64,000 nt of DNA from NCBI GenBank assembly GCA_047495785.1, contig JBLDXI010000029.1:1984001-2048000 (forward strand), read 5' to 3'. The stretch is from Lepidodermella squamata (Eukaryota > Animalia > Gastrotricha). Both the position numbers and the translations under genes were made by a program. Shown one piece after another: positions 37,858 to 50,146 of this stretch. The notes beneath the pieces are model-generated. The model ran no database searches, was not told the origin of the DNA, and saw nothing but the letters and a program-made list of their open reading frames with translations. The stretch's first letter is position 1, and the number at the start of each line of letters is the position of its first letter.

Positions 37858-38030
37858 CAGGGTGGCAAAAATTCTGCAGAAGGCGAATTCGATGCGTATC
37901 ATTTCAATGAGTTGCAGGAAATTCACGAGTTACATTGGCAATAGAATGCTTGAAATTTTTCAACTTCTTAAAACTCCTCATTAAGATGATACGCATCGAA
38001 TTTGCATTCTGCAGAATTTTTGGCCCCCTG
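37858..38030. mobile_element. Tc1/mariner-type MITE
   Basis: TA|cagggtggcaaaaattctgcagaa...ttctgcagaatttttggccccctg|TA. Confidence 0.85.
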
Positions 38031-38191
38031 TAGAGAACACGTAAGAAAATCCAGTCTTTTTGCTCTTAGTTTATTTATGAAGCTCGAAATATCATACAAT
38101 TTAGTAGAATTATTGCCGAGGGCGATGTATTTTTTTGCTCTTTTCGGCATTATCCTTCAGAAGCCAATGAACAGATCGCGACGCTGAAACC

Positions 38192-39247
38192 TTAAATACC
38201 AATTCCTCCTCCTCTCCATGCTTCCCAACCGCCACCGGGACCACCAACGCAAACACCACCAGCTACAACAAAAACAGAAAGTGAAAGAAAAAAGACTAAC
38301 TACTAGAGCGAAGTCGACGGAGTCAGTGATATAGAAAATAATGTCTTCGATAGGGAAATAGTTGTTATATAGGCATTGATTTACGACAGTCAAAAAGAAG
38401 GAAATTTCGACTTACCCCGGATAGCGCGTAGCCGTTCATCCTCTGCTTTCTTCTCCGCCTGAACTTCAGGGTCGGCAGCGTAGGCAGCAGAAAGGCAGCA
38501 CATGCAAGCTGAGTAGTGGTCCGGTTTTCCAACCAATTGTTGATTACTGCATTTGCAACACATTGTAAAGCAAACGATGATGTAGCTCAATGTCAACAAC
38601 GATTGAACTTCGACAATTGCCCAGCCGATGGGCCATGAAATCAAGTTGCGGTCGAAACTTGGCCTCGTAAGAACGTATAGATATCCGACAAGGAACGATG
38701 TGTACAATATGGCCAGAATTATATCCTGTAAATATGACAAAACGTTTTTAATGAAGTCTCGTAGGAGCTCAACCAGTTAGTTTTCCCTATTCAATCAAAA
38801 ATCAGTAGGGCAAAACAACAAGTTTGTTAAAGAAAGCTCTCTTACCCAAACCATTTCGTATGCCCAGCTGAGGCAATTTCTGTCCAAAAGCTGTAAGACA
38901 GCGATCAATAGGCCGAAGAAAGACGGCGTGATGATCCATCCTGAGTACAGCCAATTCTGCTTTAGTAGATACTCATCACCAACTTTGACAGCTTCATCTT
39001 TATAGCGGGCCAGATCTACAATATAGGCTATTGATAGAGCTAAGTATACAATGTTGAGTACAAGCTGTAACAGTCTTGTGATTCCACAGCCTGATTGCAG
39101 TCTAATTGAAATTAAACTCGGTTCCTTCGTGGTAGGTGGGCGTGCTGAAATGTCGGGCCTCGCCAGAACAATAACCGCCGGCTGATGAGTAGAGAACTGA
39201 ACCTCGTTGGGATAAAATTGAGGAGCAGCTTGCAATGGCATAGACAT
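38192..39247 (-). CDS. Copy G15, intact; exons 39247-38846, 38725-38416, 38262-38192
   Basis: Open and canonically spliced; variant tail AGGVCVGGPGGGWEAWRGGGIGI*. Confidence 0.8.
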
Positions 39248-40330
39248 AGAAAATTCATGAATTAAAATGCTTATGCGATGTGCTTTATTCAAAGCTGAAT
39301 GTATCATGCCTGACTCATTCCTGAGTGAAATCGTCCTCAAGGTAGAGCTTTACACTCGGCTGAACATTTGGTGACCAGTTTATTACCAGCTACACAACAG
39401 CCTACTGCAAAGAACTACGTTTGAGCAAAGAGTGACTAGGTGCAACACTTTCTCTATAACATATTTTCATGTATACTTATGTGTTTTATTTATATATACA
39501 GTGACTATTGAAGAGTCATTTTTTATGGTTCATGACTCGTGAATCATTGCGATAACAGGATAGCAAATAGTTGTGCATTATTATATGAATTATGTTAGTC
39601 CTGGTTGTCGCACCAAAGTTCACAACAGTTATGAGATTGGACTGTTCTCTGTCAAAAATGCAAGTGAGGTCTTCGCATAAATTGTCTATCCCATACCCGC
39701 TTTTGTACGCGTTCCTAATATTGAAGTCAATTATTACCCTGCCCATGTGGATAATTCCTTCATGCTTTCTATATTCATAACACGAATACGTTTGCAATGA
39801 AGTCCGTGTGGTTTCTTTAACTTGCGTTTTATTTTGAAAAAGACATGATCCTAGCGAAAAGCAGCCGAGAGTAGCTAGCAACCACTGGGAAAGGGCGATA
39901 AATAGCAGAGCTAAATAGTAAGCAGCTGCATATTTTAAACGCGATAAGATGTTTCAGCAACCACCAAATCCTCCTACTCCTCCTCCTCCACCACCAACAC
40001 CGCCCACGCCACCACCAGCAAATCCACCCCTTCCTCCGGCCGTTACAAAAAACAAACAGAAAGGGACATTGAAAACACAAACTACAACAGCGAAGTCAAC
40101 ATAGTCAGTGATACAGAAAATAGTTCTTCAATCGGGAACATGTTGGTACATGGGTATTGATTTAGGAAATTTAAAAGAACATGTCTTACCACAAACTCGT
40201 TTCTCATTTTCCTCATGCGTATGCGAGGAAACACATACACACGAAGCAAAAAGCATACAGCCCCCGTTCACAAACTGAAATTTTCCTTCAACCTGTATAT
40301 ATTTTTTCCGACCGGAGATGCCACTGAAAA

Positions 40331-40415
40331 AGGAGCGGTGGCGCTGGGAGACGAACCCTTGACGACTTCTTAAACATCGATTATTATATCGAGTTGGCTA
40401 TGCCGTTGAGCGTAA
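40331..40415 (-). other. Degenerate tRNA-like / SINE-head sequence
   Basis: Minus strand gctcaacggcatagc (A-box-like) and gggttcgtctccc (B-box-like); no intact cloverleaf. Confidence 0.3.
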
Positions 40416-40694
40416 TGTGACCTATAAATTAGGCTTCAAGGCGAGAAATGCGTTGATAAAGGCGTCAACAAACAAGTCTAAGATTAATAATTCATGCCCG
40501 CTCCTGACTCAGAAAACCTGACCCGCACCTGTTTTATAGCTACGCTATTTATTAATATTGTCATGCTTATGTTACGACCGAAGTCCGAAAGCGACCACGT
40601 CGCGCTCTGGTCGATCAGGATGCGACGGGCCTGCAATCTCTCTTATCAAACACCTTTGTCGGGCTTCGGCTTGTAGGTGTCAACCCATGTACGG

Positions 40695-41188
40695 CGGTCT
40701 CTAAATCGAGAACAATGGACGTGTGCGCGCATTGTCCCGCCGCGCTCTGGCTCAAACGCGCGCGCTTGAGCCAGAGCCCGACTACGTTTGATTTCAAATT
40801 TTTACTAGTCATTCTATTTTTTATCTCCATGGAAGCGTAGTAGAAAAAGTGTATTTTAGTGTTTATTAATCCCTGAGCGGCCATAAAAATAACAGAATAT
40901 TTGAAAAAATTGCTCGATTATTAATACAACACCAGAGGAAATAAAAATCGCGAGTCAGTTAATGGGCCCTGAATATAGATCGTTTGACTACAGCGCGTGA
41001 AGCATACAGCTTGTGACTTCATCATTTTTGGTACAATTTAATTAAAAAAATTTATTAATTAAAAAAATGCTCGGTCACTCGACTTAGTCGATAAGCGCGG
41101 TCGGGCTCTGGCTCGCGCGCAAGAAGTGTGAGCCGGAGCACGGCGGGACAATGCGCGTGCACGTCCATTGTTCTCGATTTAGAGACCG
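40695..41188. mobile_element. MITE with ~60-bp GC-rich TIRs
   Basis: cggtctctaaatcgagaacaatggacgtg... / ...cacgtccattgttctcgatttagagaccg. Confidence 0.8.
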
Positions 41189-44100
41189 TTTACTCGAGTT
41201 TACTCGAGATTATTAAAAAATCCGCCGTTAAGGCGAATTTTTTTCTAATTACGCGTTTTCTCGATTAGAATCAAAACTCGGTGTTCTAACATATATCGTT
41301 AGCAACCCGCCAAAACAACCACTTTACTATTTATAGCTTTTTTATGGAAAGTACGCTCGACTTTTGAACGTAAATTCAAATTACGATGAGTACGATCAGT
41401 GCTCAAAAAGCCGAACGTACTCCCTCTTTACGTTCGGCTCGTCATACGAAATTGAAAAGCAGGTTCTCAAAGTTTTTAAAGCTCTGATTTATGAGGAAAT
41501 ATTTATGATACTGCTTCAAAATTTGTATGGTTGAATAGAGCGTGAAAAGTTGCACTAGATCGTGAAACCTTATGTCTGCATCGTGAAAACTCAAGGCGCA
41601 ATTAAAACACAAAGTTAGTGTGCGGATAAAAAACAATTTTTTTTATTTCGGCAGTATTAAATAAGCGTGAGAGTCCAGTCTCTTATTATTTGTCTATGTA
41701 TGCTCCATAGATAACGTAGTGATCAGAAAAAAGACTTCCTATCTCGTAATGGCAACAAATTACATTCAAATACCGAGTAAAAAGTCCACCATAAAAGTGT
41801 TGACAGCTTTTATTCGATTTTTCATTTTTCGATTTTCACGCACTCCGTTCTCTATGTGTATATATTGGACATATTTACGACTCCAAGTCCAATATTTGCA
41901 TATACCCCGAGGCATAGTAGTATCTACCGAGTGTCAGGGCTCCGTTGAAATACCTAGCCCCACGTGGCGAAGGTTAAAAAATCATGGAAAATGGGAAAAT
42001 AAAACATCCAACTTAATTTTTCATCAAAAAGTGAGCTTTTCGCCTTTTTTAAATCCAACGCTCATTCGGTCGATTTTCATTTTGATTTTCACTCGCTTTT
42101 TTGCCGCCGGATCTTCGCGTCAAACTGGCATGCTGCTACGATGAAGAATCGCACAATGGGTCGAGCTATTTGAACTGTCGGCTCATCAAATCAACCAGGC
42201 GAGTGAATTCGGCTCATGGCAACTAGTTCGCCGATCTGGTTATTGTCGATCTCAAGCTCAAACAAGGTTTCGATCCCGTACGAGGAAGCGTGTCGTCGAA
42301 CCAGTTCGAGCCAGGAACGAAGGCTGATGGAATGGTACGAAATGCAAGCCGAATACGGCGCCGTTTTGACAATTTCCAGGGTCCAGGATGAATGCTGCGC
42401 GATTTTCTCAACATTGAGGGCGACTGCTACTCGGATTTCGCAAGTGTCCCGGTGGAGTTCTGGGTTTTATGGACATCGGAGCTGACTGCTGCTCGATTTT
42501 CACTGAATTGTGGCCGAATGCTGCTCGATTTTCTCGAAATTTGGGGTGAATGCTGCCAGATTTTCGAGCCGCCCCAGCTTTTCCAAGAGATTGTTTGATT
42601 TTGAAAAATAAAGCTGTACCTCGGGTTTCTCGGGTTTCATGAGTTTCATGGGTCTGAACAATAGACAACTGTCCAATATGTGCTCCTTCTTAAACAATTA
42701 AGTGTCCAATATGTAAAAATCAACTGTCCATTATGTAAAATTATAATTACATATAATTACATATAGCCCTAACATATACTTGGCCTAGGGGTATATAAAG
42801 ATGAAAATTGCAAATTTGAGGCGAAATTCTCTGCTCACGAATAAAGGTGGATTTTTTATTACACGAAATCTTGGTGTTCAAAGTTGTACTTTTGGGGTAC
42901 CCCTTGCCAAATCCTCACGCTTGCGAATTTCCGAGAATAAAACATATCAGGGTGTTACGCAAGGCGGCCCAGTCGAAATACGTTGAAAACCCGACCAAAG
43001 TCGCATCTGCTGAACTTACACAGCACATTTAAATTTGCATGGACGTAGGTGTTCAAAGTTGTACCGGATTACAATTATTAATTTTTTCTAACACTACGGT
43101 GGCTCCTAGGCTCTCAAAAAGAGTCAGATACCAGAATCCATATGATCTAGAAAGCAGAAAGCCAAATGGGAGCTTTCGGCCGAACTTCATACACTACCCA
43201 ATTTAATAATGCTTCCGAACTTTGATAAATTAAAGCCGGACGACGCGCACCGGAAACGGGTCAATCCATGTTAGTCCTGCTGGGGCCCAAGGCCCAAGTC
43301 TGAGACGTGCCCGTTTCTCGCTGCGGCATGTAAAGGTTCGATGAAAATCGAATGAATTTTTGCAAATATATAAAACACAGGCAAGCGCAGGTGCCAACCC
43401 GAGTGCGGGGAGAGAACAATTGCTAGGCCAGCGTATTGCTGAGCGCGCTTAACTCCGCCGCGCTCGGACATCGGGATGATAAAGAGCGATGTCGTTGACC
43501 CGAGAGCGGCGCGCGCAAGCGCTCAACAATAGCATTGGGTTCCATTGTTTACCGGCATACTCGGCCTAACACCTCGCCTAGGCCGTGTGCAATGAAGCGA
43601 GATTTGTTTGAAAAAATATCTCTCCTACCCAACACATTTCTTAAGCCCAGCTGTAGCACGTTTTGGCCAGAAGTTGTGGCACAGCGACCAAGATGCCAAT
43701 AACTGACGGCACAATGACCCATTCCGAGTCTGACCAATGTGGCCACCGTCGAAACACAACGCCAAATTTAACAGCATTGTCTTTATAACGCCTCAGATCG
43801 ACGACAAAGGATATCGCTAGAGCCATGAATACTATGTTGAATAAAAGCTGTATCAGTCTTGCAATTCCATAGCCCGATCGTAGCCTAATGCGAATTAAGC
43901 TGGGTTCTGTTTTCATGATGGGCAAGTGTGCCTGAACGCCGGGCAACGCTATGACGTAAACTTCCGGCCGTTGTGTATCGAACAGCTGCCAATTCCGATG
44001 AAATTGGTAAGCAGGTGGAGAAAAAGCTTGTAACGGCATTTATAATTTGTCGATTGAGTAAAAAGCGCAAGCGAGGTGCATTTAAATAGTTGAGGTATGA

Positions 44101-44349
44101 GGCATCGTGACTCATGCCTGTAATCGCGCAATCGCTCTTAATTTAGATCTTCCGATTTGGCTGAACTTTTGGTGGCAGGTTAGAGATCCGCAACGTATCA
44201 GCCTAGACTGATTGAACACTACATTCCTCTTATTTGCTTATATAATGACAATTAGTTTATTTTTCTATGACTCGTGGATCACATCCAACTGGCGTATGTG
44301 TAAAAATACTAAACCTGACATTTATGCAAATTTAGTAGTATTTAGTTAA

Positions 44350-44600
44350 TTACAGTTCCCCTTGCGGTGCGTACTGCTTCCTCGTCGTCTCCACTGGTCA
44401 CAGTACCAAGCGAGAACCTCGTAGTCGAGCCCCAGCTTAGTTCCTCATTGAAAGCGATTCTCGCCCAGAATATTCGCGGAAGACATCGGTTTTGGAAAGC
44501 ATCCAACTTGTTGATGTCAGTCCTTACCCAATCAACCCGAGCCATATAACGAGACCGTGCAGTTGCAGGCACGCATCTTGGTCGCCATAGAGATCAGATT
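44350..44600 (-). mobile_element. RTE-clade LINE relic (paralog of 6265-6600)
   Basis: ORF 44342..44572 contains DINKLDAFQNRCLPRIFWARIAFNEEL. Confidence 0.7.
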
Positions 44601-45116
44601 AACCGTCGCCATATTGATCATTGCTGAGCTGAACCGCGGTTTTAACGTCTCTGGATTGCTTAAGTCCAGAGGCCAGAGGCTTGAGCTGACCTCGATAGTT
44701 AACGCAACGACGACCCGATTTAAAATGGCCTGACTGGCTTTAGATTTTGAATTTCAACGGCCGAGTCGTTCAAAAAACTTCGCGTAATAATTGGCGAGGT
44801 TTTGCCAGAGGTCTGTACGATACTGCCGAAGTCTACACATTTTCGTTCGGGGGTGAAATGAAAAGAAATTTTAGATGAAATACCAATGACGCCCGAGCCA
44901 GTTATAATTTCCAGGTTTTTTCGAGTAAATTTCAGAATTCTTCTGTGATATTGCATGCTGTGCATCTGAAAAGGTTTTCCCGGGTTCCATCTCGAAGAAA
45001 TATAATATAATATGTGGCAAAAGGGGCAAACTCTTATTAGATAGTTGTGGTTAAGTAGGTATCGATTCATTATTGAACTCGATTCCGTGCAGCTGTAAGC
45101 TAGCAATGCCGGAATA

Positions 45117-45297
45117 TCGCGGAGTGGGCGACAGAACTACCTGACTAAAATAGAAACAAATGGAGTAAAACTATTTTTGCATCTCCGCCAAGTCAGTCGC
45201 GTGCCGGAAAAACTGAGCGCCAGTTTTTTCTGTGCATCAATTGCATTACGCCATTTGTTTCTATTTTAGTCAGGTCGTTCTGTCGCCCACCCAGCGA
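45117..45297. mobile_element. MITE with TCGC termini and TA (or ATAT) TSD
   Basis: ~50-bp TIRs; the empty site gccggaaTAtgacc is at 6842-6855. Confidence 0.85.
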
Positions 45298-45557
45298 TAT
45301 GAACCCAGAAATCGGCCACGGTCCGTTACGTAAACCGCTGATCGAGCCCTCATCTCCATCCAACTAAACTTCCATGACCACAGATTTTCCGATGAATATT
45401 CTTGTTCTTATTTTATTTATGAAGCTCCGGATATCATACTAAACATTAAGTAAAATGATTACCGAGGGCAATGTATTATTTTGCACATTTCGGCATTATC
45501 ATTCAGAATTCAGAAACCAATGAACAGATCGTGAATTTTCTGAGCTGAAACCTTATC

Positions 45558-46634
45558 TTAGCAACCACCAACTCCTCCTCCTCCTCCTCCCCCACCACCA
45601 CCAGCACCGCAACCGCCAACACCACCCAATCCTCCGGCAGCTACAAAGACACAAACCGAAATAGGCATGAAAACACAAACTACGAGAGCGAAATTAACGG
45701 AGTCAGTGATATAGAAAATAAGGTCTTCAATCGGAAACGTTTTGGTATGTGAGCATTGATTTAGGAGAATCAAAAATAAGGAAATTGCGACTTACCCCGA
45801 ATTGCGCGTTGCCGTTCATTCTCTGCTGCCATTTCCAGCTCAACTTCAGGGTCGGCCGCATAGGCAGCAGAAGGACAGCTAATACAAGGCGAATAGTGAT
45901 CCGGTTTTCCAACGAGTTGTCTATTGCTGCATTCGCAACACATCGTGGAAAAAACGATGATGTAGCTCGTCGTCAACAACGATTGGACTGCGACGATCGC
46001 CCAGCCGATGGGCCACGAAATTAAAGTGTGGTCGAAGCATGGTCTCGTTAGGACATTGTTGACAAACGCGGCAAGGAAGGATGTGTACAATATGGCCAGA
46101 AAAATATCCTGTAAAATGTAACACCATCTTTTAAGGAGGGTTTCATATCTCGTAGAAGTATCTTAGAAGCTCCGCCAGTAATTGTTCGCAATCAATAACA
46201 GAAAACTATAAGCCATAACAATAATAAAGCTCTCCTACCAAAAGCATATCGTAAGCCCAGCTGTAGCACCTCTTGACCAAAAGCTGTAGGACAGCGGCCA
46301 ATAAGCCGAACAATGTCGGCGTAATGACCCAGCCAGAGTACGGCCAATTCTGCTTTAGTAGATACTCAGCACCGAATTCGGCAACTTTGTCTTGATAACG
46401 GCTCAGATCGACAATATAGGCTATGGATAGAGCCAAGTATACAATGTTGAGTACAAGCTGTAGCAGCCTGGCGATTCCATAGCCTGATTGCAGTCTAATG
46501 GAAATCAAACTCGGCTTATTCGTGTTGGATGGCCTCGCTGTAATGGCGGGCCTCGCTATAACGATAACCGCTGACCCATGAGTAGAGAACTGAGGCTCGT
46601 TGGGAAGAAATTGGTGAGCAGCTTGAATCGGCAT
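45558..46634 (-). CDS. Copy G17, intact; exons 46634-46239, 46108-45796, 45640-45558
   Basis: Open and canonically spliced; tail AAGGLGGVGGCGAGGGGGGGGGGVGGC*. Confidence 0.85.
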
Positions 46635-47648
46635 TGAAAATACATGATTTCAGAATGCTCATCATGCAATGGAATTCATTCAAAGCTAAATGTATTACGT
46701 CTGACTCATTCCTGAGTGAAATCGTTCTCAACTTAGGGCTTCACATTTGTTGAACATTTGTTGACAGCTTTGTGATCCGCCACACAACAGACTACTGCAG
46801 ATAGCTACGTATGAGCAAAGACTGACTAAATGCAACACTTCTATATGTATAACATATTTTCATGTATCATTGTGTGATTTACTTATTACTCATTATACAG
46901 TGACTATTGAAGAGTCGCTTTTTTCTGCTTCATGACTCATGAATCATAGCGATAACAGGATAGTAAATAATATTATATGACTCATAGTTTGTCCTGGTAT
47001 TCGTAACAAAGGTGATACCCCTTTTTCGCGCGGCGGCCAATGTTCGAATTAATCGAAAGGCGACTAAAAAATCAAGTTCCACTTTCCGAGCCAAGGCACA
47101 ATTATGACTTCCTGGTCACTGAAGGTTCGATGTCGTTATTACAGACGCGTAATTGATTTTGACAAGTCTGATGTTAAAGATTCCCCATGCTTCCAAAATG
47201 GCGTCAAATTAAATTGATTTTTTTGCACAGTAATAAGCAGATTAATTACAAAACGCATCGCTTGTTTGGCCTTTACTCACTCTTGCGCGGCCTAAAGCAC
47301 ATTGTCGTAGATAGCCTTTATCTAGGCACATTGTGATACAGGCTCATTTTGTGTAGAATAACATTCGATTATATTTCGAAGATATATTTGCCAGAGAACA
47401 TTGGTTGCTGCCTAGTTAATTCCTCCTGATTGAGAGGAGTGATTCTCCTATGATTGAGGCTAAAACACGATACAGAAATAGTGTTTCTGTATTCCTGTAC
47501 AATACAGAAACACTTTTATTAAGATGGACTTTTTATTATCGCATTTTCCTATATAAATGGCGTACAAGATCACTTTTTCCCGCACTTTCTAGCTACGTTT
47601 GTCCGAGTTTTTAGCAGATACAGAGGAGAAAAGCAATCTCGGATTTAC

Positions 47649-49577
47649 TCAGAATAAAGAAACACTTTTCTTGTACGAATGACTGTATGAATCGAGGTTC
47701 CGCAGGAACCGAAGATGAATACAGTCATGAGTATTGAAAAAAAGAGAAATTGAGAGTGAAAACAAAAACACGAGCGAAATCTGAGTGATAGGAAAAAATG
47801 ATAATTTACCTCGTATTGCGATTTGCCGATCAATATCCGCTCTCACCAGCTGAACTTCAGGGTCAGCCGCATAGGCAGCAGAAATGCAGCACATGTTAAC
47901 GGAGTAGTGATCCGGTTTTCCAATCAGTTGCCGATTGCTGCATTTGCAACACATCGAGAACCAAACGATGATGCAGCTTATTGTCAGCAAAAATTGAACT
48001 GCAAAGATTGCCCAGCCGATGGGCCAGGATATCAGATTATGTACGAAGCATGGTCTCGTTAGAGTGTAGAGAAATCCGGCAAGGAACGATATGTTCAATA
48101 TGGCCAGAACAATATCCTGTGAAATATGGCAACTTAACTTTTCAAAAAAGCCTCTTAGAAGCTCTGAATTCGATCAAATAATCTGTAGGGCAGAAAAATA
48201 AGTTGGTTGAATAAGCACACTTACCGAAACCATGTCGTAAGCCCAGCTGTGGCATCTTTTGACCAAAAGCTGTAGGACAGCAACCAAGAGGCCGAAGAAA
48301 GACGGCGTAATGACCCAGCCGGAGTATAGCCAATGCTGCCGTAGTCGATACTCATCGCCAACTTCGACAACTTCGTCTTTATAAAGGCTCAGATCGACGA
48401 TATAGGCTATCGCTAGAGCCATGTATGCAATGTTGAGTAAAAGCTGAAGCAGTCTTGCGATTCCATAGCCTGATCGCAGCCTGATTGAAATTAGGCTCGG
48501 TTTAGGTTTGACATCCTCAATATCAATCACTGATGGCTGTGATTGAATGTTCGGCCCCGCTATGACGTAAATCGCCGACCGAGGATCAGTGAACTGCTGC
48601 TCGCTGCGATGTAATTGGTTAGCAGAATCATAAACAGCCGATCGATTGATGTTATTATTGATCTGCTGGTTGCTGGGAGAAAGTCGGTAAGCAAATGGAG
48701 GATAATTGCGATGAAATTGGTAAGCAGGTGGTGAATCAGGTTGAAACGTGTGCTGGTGTCTGCTTCTAGACTCAGAACGGTGTGGAAGGGCACGCGTTGA
48801 TGCTGGGCGACTGACTGGGGTAGCGCTCGTCGCTTCAACGGCCGGCTTTGGTCGCGCCACGGGGTCCTGAAACGGCGCAACCCGGGCACGCTCGCGCTTG
48901 TGTAAGGCCCGGATCGCTAAATAGCGGACGTGGCGTCGTAGCTTTTCGGGGCTATCATCCAGCTCAGCCAATTCTCGGCGCTCTATTTTCAACCAGTCTT
49001 TGCGAGCATCAGGCGACATGAGTTGTAGTAGCCAATCAAGTTGACGGTCCAGGCTGTCGGCGCGGGCGTTGGGCCGTGTACACCGTCGGGGAGAGCCAGC
49101 GGCCTCACGGGTGAAAGCCGTCGTTTGCAGTTTCGACTCGGGCGTAACGGGTTCATAAGCGCCACAGGTTGCAGCAGAACGACTCCGGCGAGGCTTTTCC
49201 AGAGGCAACTGTGCTGCAGCTGAAGCGGCCGGCTTGAGCTTGTCCTTGGAGAGACTTTTATTCAACGTTGAGGCCCCGCCCGTCGCTGGCGGGTAAGCCG
49301 TAAGCGTCTTGGGCACCTTCGTTTTTGCTGCTGTTTTCTTGCCGGTCATGTTGCTTTTCTCGGCCGATCCACCAGTTGTGGCGGGGACTGGTTCTAGAAT
49401 CAAAACGAGACGTTTCGTCGAAAAGCAGCTTTTATTTTATTTGATAAAACAGGCCCTGAGCGGGAAATCGTTCAATAATGAAAATATCATACGAACAGGT
49501 GGACACGTTCGCATACCGGGTTCGTGGGCAGGTGGAGCAGTTGGCCGGACGAGATAGAAAATAAGACTGGTTCTCAT
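47649..49577 (-). CDS. Copy G18 with captured N-terminal domain; putative exons 49577-49517, 49393-48225, 48116-47810; Gly/Cys exon lost
   Basis: 409-aa ORF paralogous to G4. An upstream mini-exon MRTSLIFYLVRPTAPPAHEP splices in phase (gtatgc...tag). The exon 3 acceptor is replaced by unrelated sequence; read-through stop at 47649. Confidence 0.65.
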
Positions 49578-50146
49578 TCTGAGGATCTACGCAAAATGCG
49601 GCGTGAATATTGGATACGTGCAATCCAGGCGCATAAAAAGCTGAATTCATCATGGCTGACTCATTCCTGAGTGTATTCGCCCTCATGTTATATTTGGCTG
49701 AATCGGTTTGTTTTTATTCGTTGGATAGTTGGTTGAACTAAAAAGGCATGTTAAAGGCTGGAAAAACACTTTCCGGTTTTTCACACACAGAGTGATTCCA
49801 TTCTCAAATAATGATATATTATCAATAGGTATTAGTTGATTATAATATTGATGCACCAGCACATTCAAAGCAATAGTACTGATACAGTGTGTCCTCATGA
49901 TAAGCCGAAATATTTTGCAATATCGCTTTTCTTGCCCTGTAAATCATGGGTAGTCATGGGTACGACCCATCTAGCTAACCAATCAGCAGATTCTTTTCAG
50001 CTTACAACCTCAAACGAAATGCCTGAGTAAATAATTGAACAAAAGGTCATTAATGAAGCGTGAGATATCAAGTTATTTCGTCTAATTATTGCCGAAAGCG
50101 GTGTAATTTTCGCTTGTTTCATCATTTCATCGCTTAAACCCCTTTC

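Larger units (their letters stand above)
39954..44039 (-). pseudogene. Copy G16 (or exon 3 and exon 1 remnants of two copies); exon 2 replaced by ~2.9 kb of repeat DNA
   Basis: Exon 1 has a TAA at 43641; the exon 3 acceptor is AA; no exon 2 sequence between 40170 and 43080. Confidence 0.75.

Noticed and set aside
41850-42800. Weak inverted repeats (tatacccc/ggggtata; ttggaca/tgtccaa) around short ORFs
   Set aside because: Boundaries and TSD unresolved; ORFs show no recognisable domain.
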